Shown one piece after another: positions 1 to 13,129 of a stretch of DNA of 64,000 bases. Numbering within the stretch: the first letter of the stretch is position 1; every line of letters starts with the position of its first letter. The notes beneath the pieces were generated by a model that searched no databases, had not been told where the DNA came from, and worked only from the letters and a program-made list of their open reading frames with translations. The position numbers were made by a program, and so were the translations under genes. Source of the stretch: Heterodontus francisci (lineage: Eukaryota); assembly GCF_036365525.1 (NCBI RefSeq), contig NC_090404.1:806001-870000 (forward strand), read 5' to 3'.

Positions 1-560
1 GAACCTTTATAAAGCTCTGGTTAGGCCCTAAATGGAGCAGTGTGTTAATTTCTGGTCACCAGGAAGGATGTGAGGGTCCTTGAGAGGGTACAGAGATTAT
101 TTACCAGAATGGTTCCAGGGATGGATGATTTTAGCTACAATGTTAGGTTGGAAAAGCTAGGTTTGTCCTCCTTTGAATAAAGGAGATTGAGGAGAGATTT
201 GTTCGAGGTGTACAAGAATATGACAGGTTTAGATAAATTCGACAAGGAAAAACTGTTCCCATTAACAAGTGGTACAAGGACTAGGGGACACAGATTGAAA
301 GTTTTGGGCAAAAGATGCAGGGGGAATATGAGGAAGCACTTTTTTTTAAACACAGCGGGTGTTAATCACCTGGCATTCACTGCCCACGAGGGTGGTGGAA
401 GAGAAGACGATGAATGACTTCAAGAGGAAATTCGATGACCACCTGAGATAAATAGAATTGCAGGGCTACAGGGATCGAGCAGGGGAGTGGGACTGACTGC
501 ATAGCTCCTTAAAGAGATTGCATGGACTCGATGGGCCGAATGGCCTCCTTCTGTGTCATA
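1..560 (+). mobile_element. Degenerate 3' fragment of a CR1 LINE (RT C-terminus and 3' UTR)
   Basis: Translates to CR1 C-terminal motifs (RRLRRDLFEVYK..., TRGHRLK); the CR1 tail ATGGGCCGAATGGCCTCCTTCTGTG is at ~531-555. Same subfamily as 16738-17660. Confidence 0.85.
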
Positions 561-726
561 GACAACTCTGATTCACAGCCAGCCCCCTCCCTTGCCCCGC
601 CCATTTCAGTAACTACTTCACCACCTCCTTTGTGACTGGCAACCCCTCCCCTGCCCAGTTGTGCTTGGCACTCTAGCCCACCCCAGTGATTGTCATCAGA
701 CACCGCCCCCTCACTGCATGCTGCTT

Positions 727-1990
727 TTTAAAAAATGTATTCATTCATGGGATGTGGGCATCGCTGGCCAGGCCAGCATTTATTGCCCATCCCTAATTGC
801 CCTTGAGAAGGTGGTGGTGAGCTGCCTTCTTGAATCGCTGCAGTCCATGTGGGGTAGGTACATCCTGGAGTTCCAGGATTTTGACCCAGCAACAGTGAAG
901 GAACGGAGATATAGTTCCAAGTCAGGATGGTGTGTGACTTGGAGGGGAACTTGCAGATGGCGAAGTTCCCATGCATCTGCTGTCCTTGTCCTTCTAGTTG
1001 GTAGAGGTCGCGGGTTTGGAAGGTGCTGTCGAAAGAACCTTGGTGCATTGCTGCAGTGCATCTTGTAGATGGTACACACTGCTGCCACTGTGCGTCAGTG
1101 GTGGAGGGAGTGAATGTTTGTGAGTGGGGTGCCAATCAAGTGGGCTGCTTTGTTCTGGATGGTGTCAAGCTTCTTGAATGTTGTTGGAGCTGCACCCAAA
1201 TAGGGAAGTGGAGATTATTCCATCACACTCCTGACTTGTGCCTTGTAGATGGTGGACAGGCTTTGGGGAGACAGGAGGTGAGTTACTCACTGGAGGATTC
1301 CGAGCCTCTGACCTGCTCAGTAGCCACAGTATTTATATGGCTACTCCAGTTCAGTTACTGGTCAATGGTAACCCCCAGGATGTTGATAGTGGGGAATTCA
1401 GCAATCGAATGTCATGGGGAGATGGTCAGATTCTCTCCTGTTGGAGATGGTCATGCCTGGCACTTGTGAGGCGTAAATGTTACTTGTCACTTAACAGCTC
1501 AAGCCTGGATATTGTCCAGGTCTTGCTGCATTTCTACACGGACTGCTTCAGTATCTGAGGAGTCACGAATGGTGCTGAACATTGTGTAATCATCAGTGAA
1601 CATCCCCACCTCTGACCTTATGATTGAAGGAAGGTCATTGATGAAGCAGCTGAAGATGGTTGGGCCTAGGACACTACCCTGAGGAACTCCTGCAGTGATG
1701 ACCTGGAGCTTAGAGGATTGACCTCCATCAACAACCATCTTCCTGTCCACTAGACACGACTCCAACCAGCAGAGAGCTTTTCCCAATTCCCATTGACTCC
1801 AGTTTTGCTAGGGTTCCTCGATGCCATACTCAGTCAAATGCTGCCTTGATGTCAAGGGCAGTCAATCTCACATTACCTCTGGAGTTCAGCTCTTTTCTCC
1901 ATGTTTGGACAAAAGCTGTAATGAGGTCAGGAGCTGGGTGGTCCTGAAAGAACCCAAACTGAGCAACAGTGAGCATGTTATTGCTAAGCA
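727..1990 (-). mobile_element. 5'-truncated CR1/L2-group LINE copy (RT and 3' tail), degenerate
   Basis: Minus-strand ORFs with GVPQGSVLGPTIFSCFINDL / MFTDD and LTALDIKAAFD. It is an inverted match to ~3445-4716. Confidence 0.85.
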
Positions 1991-1991
1991 A

Positions 1992-4716
1992 GGGGAGGCG
2001 GTGGCGTAGTGGTAGTGTCAGTGGACTAGTAACCCAGAGACCCAGGGTATTGCTCTGGGGACATGGGTTCAAATCCCACCACAGCAGAAGGTGGAATATG
2101 AATTAAATTAATAAATCTGTAATTAAAAAGCTAGTCTAATGTTGGCCATGAAACCATTGTCAATTGTTGTAAACACCCATCTGGTTCACTAATGTCCTTT
2201 AGGGAAGGAAATCTGCTGTCCTTATCTGGTCTGGCCTACATGTGATTCCAGACCCACAGCAACATGGCTGACTCTTACATGCCCTCTGAAATGACCTGGC
2301 AAGCCACTCAGTTGTATCTAACTGCTACGAAGTCAATAAAAAGCAATGAAACCGGACGGACCATCCGGCATCGACCTAGGCACCGGAAACGACAACGGCA
2401 AACCCAGCCCTGTCGACCCTGCAAAGTCCTCCTTATTAACATCTGACGGCTTGTGCCAAAGTTGGGAGAGCTGTCCCACAGACTAGTCAAGCAACAGCCT
2501 GACATAGTCATACACACGGAATCATACCTGACAGACAATGTCCCAGACACTGCCATCGCCATCCCCGGTTATGTCATGTCCCAGCGGCAGGACAGACCCA
2601 GCAGAGGTGGCGGCACAGTGGTATACAGTAGGGAGGGAGTTGCCCTGGGAGTCCTCAACATCGACTCTGGACCCCATGAAGTCTCATGGCATCAGGTCAA
2701 ACATGGACAAGGAAACCTCCTGCTGATTACCACCTACCGCCCTCCCTCAGCTGATGAGTCAGTACTTCTCCATGTTGAACAGCACTTGGAGGAAGCAATG
2801 AGGGTGGCAAGGGATCAGAATGTACTCTGGGTGGGGGACTTAAATGTCCAACTACTTAGCACCAGTAGCACCACTACTGACCGAGCCCTAAAGGACATAA
2901 CTGCTAGACTGGGTTTGCAGCAGGTGGTGAGGGAACCAACAAGAGGGGAAAACATACTTGACCTCGTCATCACCAATCTGCCTGTCGTAGATGCATCTGT
3001 CCATGACAGTATTGGTAGGAGTGACCACCACACCGTCGTTGTGGAGGAAAAGTCCCGCCTTCACATTGAGGATACCGTCCTTCATGTTGTGTGGCACTAC
3101 CACCGTGCTTAATGGGAAAGAGATACCAGACTTCAGCCAATTCGATTCACTCTGCGTGATATCAAGAAACGACTAAAGGCCCTGGATACTGCAAAGGCTA
3201 TGGGCCCTGACAATATTCCGGACTGAAGACCTGTGCTCCAGAACTTGTTGCGCCCCGAGCCAAGCTGTTCCAGTACAGCTACAACACCGGCATCTACCCT
3301 GCAATGTGGAAAATTGTCCAGGTATGTCCTGTACACAAAAAGCAGGACAAGTCGAACTCGGCCAATTACCGCCCCATCAGCCTACTCTCAATCATCAGCA
3401 AAGTGATGGAAGGTGTTATCAACAGAGCCATCAAGCAGCACTTGCTTAGCAATAACCTGCACAGTGACGCTCAGTTTGGGTTCCGCCAGGGCCACTCAGT
3501 TCCTGACCTCATTACAGCCTTGGTTCAAATATGGCCAAAAGAGCTGAACTCAAGAGGTGAGGTGAGAATGACTGCCCTTGAAATCAAGGCAGCATTTGAC
3601 CGAGTATGGCAGCAAGGAGCCCTAGAAAAATGAGGTCAATGGGAAACAGGGGAAAACCCTCCGCTGGCTGGAGTCATACGTAACGCAAAGGAAGATGGTT
3701 ATGGTTGTTCGAGGTCAATCATCTGAGCTCCAGGACATCACTGCAGGAGTTCCTCAGGGTAGTGTCCTAGGCCTAACCATCTTCAGCTGCTTCATCAATG
3801 ACCTTCCTTCAATCATAAGGTCAGATGTGGGGATGTTCGCTGATGATTGCACAATGTTCAGCACCATTCGTGACTCCTCAGATACTGAAGCAGTCCGTGT
3901 AGAAATGCAGCAAGACCTGGACAATATCTAGGCTTGAGCCGTTAAGTGACAAGTAACATTCGCCCCACACAAGTGCCAGGCAATGACCATCTCCAACAAG
4001 AGATAAACTAACCATCTCCCCTTGACATTCAACGGCATTACCATCGCTGAATCCCCCACTATCAACATCCTAGGGGCTACCATTGACCAGAAACTGAACT
4101 GGAGTAGCCATATAAATACCGTGGCTACAAGAGCAGGTCAGAGGCTAGGAATCCTGTGGCGAGTAACTCACCTCCTGACTCGCCAAAGCCTGTCCACCAT
4201 CTACGAGGCACAAGTCAGGAGTATGATGGAATACTCTCCACTTGCCTGGAAGGGTGCAGCTCCAACAACATTCAAGAAGTTCAATACCATCCAGGACAAA
4301 GTAGCCCGCTTGATTGGCACCCCATCACAAACATTCACTCCCTCCACCACCGATGTACAGAGGCAGCAGTGTGTACCATCTACAAGATGCACCAACGCTC
4401 CTTCCACAGCACCTTCCAAACCCGCGACCTCTACCACCTAGAAGGACAAGAGCAGCAGATGCATGGGTACACCACCACCTGCAACTTCCCCTCTAAGTCA
4501 CACACCATCCTCACTTGGAACTATATCGCCGTTGCTTCACTGTCGCTGGGTCAAAATCCTGGAACTCCCAGAACAGCACTGTGGGTGTACCTACCCAACA
4601 TGGATTGCAGCGGTTCAAGAAGGCAGCTCACCACCACCTTCTCAAGCGCTGTTAGGGTTGGGCAATAAATGCTGGCCTGGCCAGTGACGCCCTCATCCCA
4701 TGAATGAATAAAAAAA
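1992..4716 (+). mobile_element. CR1/L2-group LINE with a tRNA-derived 5' head; APE endonuclease plus RT, disrupted and internally deleted
   Basis: A box TGGCGTAGTGG (~2001) and B box GGTTCAAATCC (~2066). APE ORF 2453-3112 (IHTESYL, YRPP, WVGDLN, SDHH). RT fragments 3304-4441 (NYRPISLLS, GVPQGSVLG, MFADD). Tail ends GAATGAATAAAAAAAA. Confidence 0.85.
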
Positions 4717-4779
4717 GTGCCCGTTAACAACACTGTCAGGGACACCCTCCTTCACGCTTTACTCATGAACTTTCGCCCC

Positions 4780-5470
4780 GGCCCAGTAACTGACGTCACT
4801 CCCCACCACCTCACTACGTTCCACTTTAGCCCCGCTCCGTGATGGTTCCAAAGCCACGCCTCCTCAGTGCGTGACGCTAAAGCCCCCCCCCAGAATGTCC
4901 TCAGACCCCACCCCAGTGACGTTTTCGTTCTGCCCCCGTGTGCGTGCCGCTTTAGTCCCGCCCCCTCAGTCCATACCGTTTTATTCCCGCCCCGTGATTG
5001 TCCTGAAACCCCGCCCCTGAATGCGTGACGCATTAGCCCAGCCCCCTGTGCCGCTGTCGCCCCATTGGTTGTCCATAACCCCGCCCCCTCAGTGCGTTAC
5101 CCTTTAGCCCCGCCCGACTGATAGACCATAACCCCGACCCCACTGCGTTCTGCTTTAGCCCCGCCCCAGTGATGGTCCATAACACCGCCCCCTCCGTGCG
5201 TTCAGCTTTCGCCCCGCCCCATTGGTTGTCCATAACCCCGCCCCCTCAGTGCCTTGTTCTAGCTCCGCCCCATTGGAAGCAATTAACCCCGCCCCCAGTG
5301 AGTTCAGCTTTAGCCCCGCCCCAGGGATTGACAGCTCGCCCCGCCCCGCCCCTCCCCCGGGGTGATGGGCGCCCAGCCCGAGCCAGCACGCGCCGCTGTT
5401 TGAAAAAGCTCGCGAGCCGCCTAACGGTTGGCGCGCTCGAGCGCCCGAGCCAACGGCCCCGCTGAGTGGG
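4780..5470. promoter_or_regulatory. CpG-rich block in IPO4 intron 1 with reiterated GC boxes and CCAAT boxes
   Basis: Many CCCCGCCC motifs and ATTGG (CCAAT) motifs in diverged repeats, with high CpG density. Confidence 0.5.
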
Positions 5471-5555
5471 GGATGGGCCTTTCCCCACTGGCCCCGGCCC
5501 GGCCGCTCCCTTCAGGACATTCCTTACTCACCCACCCTCTCCCCCATCCACCCAC

Positions 5556-5621
5556 CTGCTGGATAAGCGCCGTGTCGGGCTCCAGCAAGTTGTTCAGAAT
5601 CTTCTCCAGGATCTCTGCCAT
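5556..5621 (-). CDS. IPO4: Importin-4, first coding exon (MAEILEKILNNLLEPDTALIQQ); gene continues left of the window
   Basis: ATG at 5621, 22 codons, then a phase-0 donor CAG|GTGGGT at 5555. The peptide matches the IPO4 N-terminal pattern (LE.lL..LL.PDT..I..; human MESAGLEQLLRELLLPDTERIRR). Lies in a CpG island. Confidence 0.8.
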
Positions 5622-5799
5622 CCCCGTTTCTTGGTGTTTTTTTTCTCCGTTCCTCTCAGACCCGCCGCTCTTTCTTCCGTCTGTCCGTTCACTCTCTCGC
5701 CGGCAATGTGCTTGCCCCGCCGATTGACAGCCGTTAGAAGCTTCACCCAGGAGGCGCCGTCCGACACGGCGAGAGCATCTGGCGGGCCGGAGCGCCGCC

Positions 5800-6243
5800 C
5801 CGTGGCTGGGAGGACCGCGTCAGCCCCGCCCCCTCCGTGGCTGGGAGGACCGCGTCAGCCCCGCCCCCTCCGTGGCAGGGAGGACCGCGTCAGCCCCGCC
5901 CCCTCGGTGGCCCGGAGGACCGCGTCAGCCCCGCCCCTCGGTGGCCCGGAGGACCGCGTCAGCCCCGCCCCTCGGTGGCCCGGAGGACCGCGTCAGCCCC
6001 GCCCCTCGGTGGCCCGGAGGACCGCGTCAGCCCCGCCCCTCGGTGGCTGGGATGAGCGCCTCAGCCGCGCCCCTCCGTGGCCGGGAGGACAACATCAGCC
6101 CCGCCCCTTTATGGTCGGGAGGACCGCTTCAGCCCCACCCCTCGGTGACTGAGTTGACCGCGTCAGCCCCGCCCCTCCGTGGCCGGGAGGACCGCGTCAG
6201 CCCCGCCCCTCGGTGACTGGGATGAGCACCTAAGCCGCGCCCC
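5800..6243. repeat. GC-rich ~34-bp tandem repeat (GGAGGACCGCGTCAGCCCCGCCCCTCGGTGGCCC) in the IPO4 promoter
   Basis: About 12 visible units, each with a GC box (CCCCGCCCC) and a CGTCA half-CRE, ~180-620 bp upstream of the ATG. Confidence 0.85.
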
Positions 6244-6244
6244 C

Positions 6245-9200
6245 TAGTGTGATATGCAGACTGGAACTGTACACAGTGCTCCCAGTGTGATATGGAGACT
6301 GGAACTGTACACAGTGCTCCCAGTGTGATATGGAGACTGGAACTGTACACAGTGCTCCCAGTGTGATATGGAGACTGGAACTGTACACAGTGCTCCCAGT
6401 GTGATATGGAGACTGGAACTGTACACAGTGCTCCCAGTGTGATATGGAGACTGGAACTGTACACAGTGCTCCCAGTGTGATATGGAGACTGGAACTGTAC
6501 ACAGTGCTCCCAGTGTGATATGGAGACTGGAACTGTACACAGTGCTCCCAGTGTGATATGGAGACTGGAACTGTACACAGTGCTCCCAGTGTGATATGGA
6601 GACTGGAACTGTACACAGTGCTCCCAGTGTGATATGGAGACTGGAACTGTACACAGTGCTCCCAGTGTGATATGGAGACTGGAACTGTACACAGTGCTCC
6701 CAGTGTGATATGGAGACTGGAACTGTACACAGTGCTCCCAGTGTGATATGGAGACTGGAACTGTACACAGTGCTCCCAGTGTGATATGGAGACTGGAACT
6801 GTACACGGTGCTCCCAGTGTGATATGGAGACTGGAACTGTACACGGTGCTCCCAGTGTGATATGGAGACTGGAACTGTACACGGTGCTCCGAGTGTGATA
6901 TGGAGACCGGAACTGTACACAGTGCTCCCAGTGTGATATGGAGACTGGAACTGTACACAGTGCTCCCAGTGTGATATGGAGACCGGAACTGTACACAGTG
7001 CTCCCAGTGTGATATGGAGACCGGAACTGTACACAGTGCTCCCAGTGTGATATGGAGACCGGAACTGTACACAGTGCTCCCAGTGTGATATGGAGACCGG
7101 AACTGTACACAGTGCTCCCAGTGTGATATGGAGACTGGAACTGTACACAGTGCTCCCAGTGTGATATGGAGACCGGAACTGTACACGGTGCTCCGAGTGT
7201 GATATGGAGACTGGAACTGTACACGGTGCTCCCAGTGTGATATGCAGACTGGAACTGTACACAGTGCCCCAAGTGTGATATGGAGACTGGAACTGTACAC
7301 AGTGCTCCCAGTGTGATATGGAGACTGGAATTGTACACAGTGCTCCCAGTGTGATATGGAGACTGGAACTGTACACAGTGCTCCCAGTGTGATATGGAGA
7401 CTGGAACTGTACACAGTGCTCCGAGTGTGATATGGAGACCGGAACTGTACACGGTGCTCCCAGTGTGATATGGAGACTGGAACTGTACACGGTGCTCCGA
7501 GTGTGATATGGAGACCGGAACTGTACACAGTGCTCCCAGTGTGATATGGAGACTGGAACTGTACACAGTGCTCCGAGTGTGATATGGAGACCGGAACTGT
7601 ACACAGTGCTCCGAGTGTGATATGGAGACCGGAACTGTACACAGTGCTCCCAGTGTGATATGGAGACTGGAACTGTACACAGTGCTCCCAGTGTGATATG
7701 CAGACCGGAACTGTACACAGTGCTCCGAGTGTGATATGGAGACCGGAACTGTACACAGTGCTCCCAGTGTGATATGGAGACTGGAACTGTACACAGTGCT
7801 CCGAGTGTGATATGGAGACCGGAACTGTACACAGTGCTCCCAGTGTGATATGGAGACTGGAACTGTACACAGTGCTCCGAGTGTGATATGGAGACCGGAA
7901 CTGTACACAGTGCTCCGAGTGTGATATGGAGACCGGAACTGTACACAGTGCTCCGAGTGTGATATGCAGACCGGAACTGTACACAGTGCTCCGAGTGTGA
8001 TGTGGAGACTGGAACTGTACACAGTGCTCCGAGTGTGATATGCAGACCGGAACTGTACACAGTGCTCCCAGTGTGATATGCAGACCGGAACTGTACACAG
8101 TGCTCCGAGTGTGATATGCAGACCGGAACTGTACACAGTGCTCCCAGTGTGATATGCAGACCGGAACTGTACACAGTGCTCCGAGTGTGATATGGAGACC
8201 GGAACTGTACACAGTGCTCCGAGTGTGATATGGAGACCGGAACTGTACACAGTGCTCCGAGTGTGATATGGAGACCGGAACTGTACACAGTGCTCCGAGT
8301 GTGATATGGAGACCGGAACTGTACACAGTGCTCCCAGTGTGATATGGAGACTGGAACTGTACACGGTGCTCTGAGTGTGATATGGAGACAGGAACTGTAC
8401 ACAGTGCTCCGAGTGTGATATGGAGACAGGAACTGTACACGGTGCTCCCAGTGTGATATGGCGACAGGAACTGTACACAGTGCTCCCAGTGTGATATGGA
8501 GACTTGAACTGTACACAGTGCTCCCAGTGTGATATGGAGACAGGAACTGTACACAGTGCTCCCAGTGTGATATGGAGACTGGAACTGTACACAGTGCTCC
8601 CAGTGTGATATGGAGACTGGAACTGTACACAGTGCTCCCAGTGTGATATGGAGACAGGAACTGTACACAGTGCTCCCAGTGTGATATGGAGACTGGAACT
8701 GTACACAGTGCTCCCAGTGTGATATGGAGACTGGAACTGTACACAGTGCTCCCAGTGTGATATGGAGACTGGAACTGTACACAGTGCTCCCAGTGTGATA
8801 TGGAGACTGGAACTGTACACAGTGCTCCCAGTGTGATATGGAGACTGGAACTGTACACAGTGCTCCCAGTGTGATATGGAGACTGGAACTGTACACAGTG
8901 CTCCCAGTGTGATATGGAGACTGGAACTGTACACAGTGCTCCCAGTGTGATATGGAGACTGGAACTGTACACAGTGCTCCCAGTGTGATATGGAGACTGG
9001 AACTGTACACAGTGCTCCCAGTGTGATATGGAGACCGGAACTGTACACGGTGCTCCGAGTGTGATATGGAGACCGGAACTGTACACAGTGCTCCCAGTGT
9101 GATATGGAGACTGGAACTGTACACAGTGCTCCCAGTGTGATATGGAGACTGGAACTGTACACAGTGCTCCCAGTGTGATATGGAGACCGGAACTGTACAC

Positions 9201-12200
9201 AGTGCTCCCAGTGTGATATGGAGACTGGAACTGTACACAGTGCTCCCAGTGTGATATGGAGACCGGAACTGTACACAGTGCTCCCAGTGTGATATGGAGA
9301 CTGGAACTGTACACAGTGCTCCCAGTGTGATATGGAGACTGGAACTGTACACGGTGCTCCGAGTGTGATATGGAGACCGGAACTGTACACGGTGCTCCCA
9401 GTGTGATATGCAGACTGGAACTGTACACAGTGCCCCAAGTGTGATATGGAGACTGGAACTGTACACAGTGCTCCCAGTGTGATATGGAGACTGGAATTGT
9501 ACACAGTGCTCCCAGTGTGATATGGAGACTGGAACTGTACACAGTGCTCCCAGTGTGATATGGAGACTGGAACTGTACACAGTGCTCCGAGTGTGATATG
9601 GAGACCGGAACTGTACACGGTGCTCCCAGTGTGATATGGAGACTGGAACTGTACACGGTGCTCCGAGTGTGATATGGAGACCGGAACTGTACACAGTGCT
9701 CCCAGTGTGATATGGAGACCGGAACTGTACACAGTGCTCCGAGTGTGATATGGAGACCGGAACTGTACACAGTGCTCCGAGTGTGATATGGAGACCGGAA
9801 CTGTACACAGTGCTCCCAGTGTGATATGGAGACTGGAACTGTACACAGTGCTCCCAGTGTGATATGCAGACCGGAACTGTACACAGTGCTCCGAGTGTGA
9901 TATGGAGACCGGAACTGTACACAGTGCTCCCAGTGTGATATGGAGACTGGAACTGTACACAGTGCTCCGAGTGTGATATGGAGACCGGAACTGTACACAG
10001 TGCTCCCAGTGTGATATGGAGACTGGAACTGTACACAGTGCTCCGAGTGTGATATGGAGACCGGAACTGTACACAGTGCTCCGAGTGTGATATGGAGACC
10101 GGAACTGTACACAGTGCTCCGAGTGTGATATGCAGACCGGAACTGTACACAGTGCTCCGAGTGTGATGTGGAGACTGGAACTGTACACAGTGCTCCGAGT
10201 GTGATATGCAGACCGGAACTGTACACAGTGCTCCCAGTGTGATATGCAGACCGGAACTGTACACAGTGCTCCGAGTGTGATATGCAGACCGGAACTGTAC
10301 ACAGTGCTCCCAGTGTGATATGCAGACCGGAACTGTACACAGTGCTCCGAGTGTGATATGGAGACCGGAACTGTACACAGTGCTCCGAGTGTGATATGGA
10401 GACCGGAACTGTACACAGTGCTCCGAGTGTGATATGGAGACCGGAACTGTACACAGTGCTCCGAGTGTGATATGGAGACCGGAACTGTACACAGTGCTCC
10501 CAGTGTGATATGGAGACTGGAACTGTACACGGTGCTCTGAGTGTGATATGGAGACAGGAACTGTACACAGTGCTCCAAGTGTGATATGGAGACAGGAACT
10601 GTACACGGTGCTCCCAGTGTGATATGGCGACAGGAACTGTACACAGTGCTCCCAGTGTGATATGGAGACTTGAACTGTACACAGTGCTCCCAGTGTGATA
10701 TGGAGACAGGAACTGTACACAGTGCTCCCAGTGTGATATGGAGACTGGAACTGTACACAGTGCTCCCAGTGTGATATGGAGACTGGAACTGTACACAGTG
10801 CTCCCAGTGTGATATGGAGACAGGAACTGTACACAGTGCTCCCAGTGTGATATGGAGACTGGAACTGTACACAGTGCTCCCAGTGTGATATGGAGACTGG
10901 AACTGTACACAGTGCTCCCAGTGTGATATGGAGACTGGAACTGTACACAGTGCTCCCAGTGTGATATGGAGACAGGAACTATACACGGTGCTCCCAGTGT
11001 GATATGGAGACAGGAACTGTACACGGTGCTCCCAGTGTGATATGGAGACAGGAACTGTACACGGTGCTCCCAGTGTGATATGGAGACAGGAACTGTACAC
11101 GGTGCTCCCAGTGTGATATGGAGACAGGAACTGTACACGGTGCTCCCAGTGTGATATGGAGACAGGAACTGTACACGGTGCTCCCAGTGTGATATGGAGA
11201 CAGGAACTGTACACGGTGCTCCCAGTGTGATATGGAGACAGGAACTGTACACGGTGCTCCGAGTGTGATATGGAGACTGGAACTGTACACGGTGCTCCGA
11301 GTGTGATATGGAGACTGGAACTGTACACAGTGCTCCGAGTGTGATATGGAGACCGGAACTGTACACAGTGCTCCGAGTGTGATATGGAGACCGGAACTGT
11401 ACACAGTGCTCCGAGTGTGATATGGAGACCGGAACTGTACACAGTGCTCCGAGTGTGATATGGAGACCGGAACTGTACACAGTGCTCCGAGTGTGATATG
11501 GAGACCGGAACTGTACACAGTGCTCCCAGTGTGATATGGAGACTGGAACTGTACACAGTGCTCCGAGTGTGATATGGAGACCGGAACTGTACACAGTGCT
11601 CCCAGTGTGATATGGAGACTGGAACTGTACACAGTGCTCCCAGTGTGATATGCAGACCGGAACTGTACACAGTGCTCCGAGTGTGATATGGAGACCGGAA
11701 CTGTACACAGTGCTCCGAGTGTGATATGGAGACTGGAACTGTACACAGTGCTCCGAGTGTGATATGGAGACTGGAACTGTACACAGTGCTCCGAGTGTGA
11801 TATGGAGACTGGAACTGTACACAGTGCTCCCAGTGTGATATGCAGACCGGAACTGTACACAGTGCTCCGAGTGTGATATGGAGACCGGAACTGTACACAG
11901 TGCTCCCAGTGTGATATGCAGACCGGAACTGTACACAGTGCTCCGAGTGTGATATGGAGACCGGAACTGTACACAGTGCTCCGAGTGTGATATGGAGACC
12001 GGAACTGTACACAGTGCTCCCAGTGTGATATGGAGACTGGAACTGTACACAGTGCTCCGAGTGTGATATGGAGACCGGAACTGTACACAGTGCTCCCAGT
12101 GTGATATGCAGACCGGAACTGTACACAGTGCTCCGAGTGTGATATGGAGACTGGAACTGTACACGGTGCTCTGAGTGTGATATGGAGACTGGAACTGTAC

Positions 12201-12862
12201 ACGGTGCTCCCAGTGTGATATGCAGACCGGAACTGTACACAGTGCTCCGAGTGTGATATGGAGACTGGAACTGCACACAGTGCTCAGAGTGTGATATGGA
12301 GACTGGAACTGTACACAGTGCTCCCAGTGTGATATGGAGACCGGAACTGTACACAGTGCTCCCAGTGTGATATGCAGACCGGAACTGTACACAGTGCTCC
12401 GAGTGTGATATGGAGACTGGAACTGTACACGGTGCTCTGAGTGTGATATGGAGACTGGAACTGTACACGGTGCTCCGAGTGTGATATGGAGACTGGAACT
12501 GCACACAGTGCTCAGAGTGTGATATGGAGACTGGAACTGTACACAGTGTTCCAAGTGTGATATGGAGACTGGAACTGTACACGGTGCTCCCAGTGTGATT
12601 TGGAGACTGGAACTGTACACAGTGTTCCAAGTGTGATATGGAGACTGGAACTGCACACAGTGCTCAGAGTGTGATATGGAGACTGGAACTGTACACAGTG
12701 CTCCGAGTGTGATATGGAGACTGGAACTGTACACGGTGCTCCCAGTGTGATATGCGGACCGGAACTGTACACAGTGCTCCCAGTGTGATATGCAGACTGG
12801 AACTGTACACAGTGCTCCGAGTGTGATATGGAGACCGGAACTGTACACTGTGCTCCAAGTGT
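6245..12862. repeat. 38-bp minisatellite (CAGTGTGATATGGAGACTGGAACTGTACACAGTGCTCC), ~174 units, CR1-derived
   Basis: Direct periodicity; the minus strand translates to HWEHCVQFQSPYH, matching CR1 ORF2 HLEYCVQFWSPHY. Confidence 0.97.
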
Positions 12863-12954
12863 TGACTAAGTAAATTCTCACTCTTTCAGTCTTTCACATT
12901 CAGTTTATGCAATGAATTGAGATATTCTGGGAAATGTTCTCAGAAATGAATATT

Positions 12955-13065
12955 ATCTCGGGATTGGGCAGCTAATTTGAGTTGGGCGATCAACCACAAT
13001 CTTGTTAAATGTCGGAATAGGCATGATGGGCCGAATGGCCTACTCCTGCTCCTAATTCTTATGTT
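12955..13065 (+). mobile_element. Short CR1 3' tail remnant
   Basis: GATGGGCCGAATGGCCTACTCCTGCTCCTAATTCTTATG. Confidence 0.6.
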
Positions 13066-13123
13066 AACGTGTTTCTACAGTGCACTCAATAATACGACTC
13101 GGCTCAGGCAAAATGTTTGAGTG

Positions 13124-13129
13124 TTTATT
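13124..13129 (-). terminator. Polyadenylation signal AATAAA of the Ig light-chain-like gene
   Basis: TTTATT on the plus strand, ~118 nt past the C-exon stop codon. Confidence 0.75.

Noticed and set aside
1995-2085. tRNA genes at SINE heads (also ~16490-16580 and ~17350-17424)
   Set aside because: A and B boxes are present but continue into SINE bodies without a full cloverleaf.
6245-12862. CRISPR-like regular array
   Set aside because: Head-to-tail units with no unique spacers, no cas genes, and a eukaryotic context.
6129-12881. ORFs of 1,500-2,250 aa in all three minus frames
   Set aside because: They result from a stop-free 38-bp unit cycling through frames; no real start context or splice structure.
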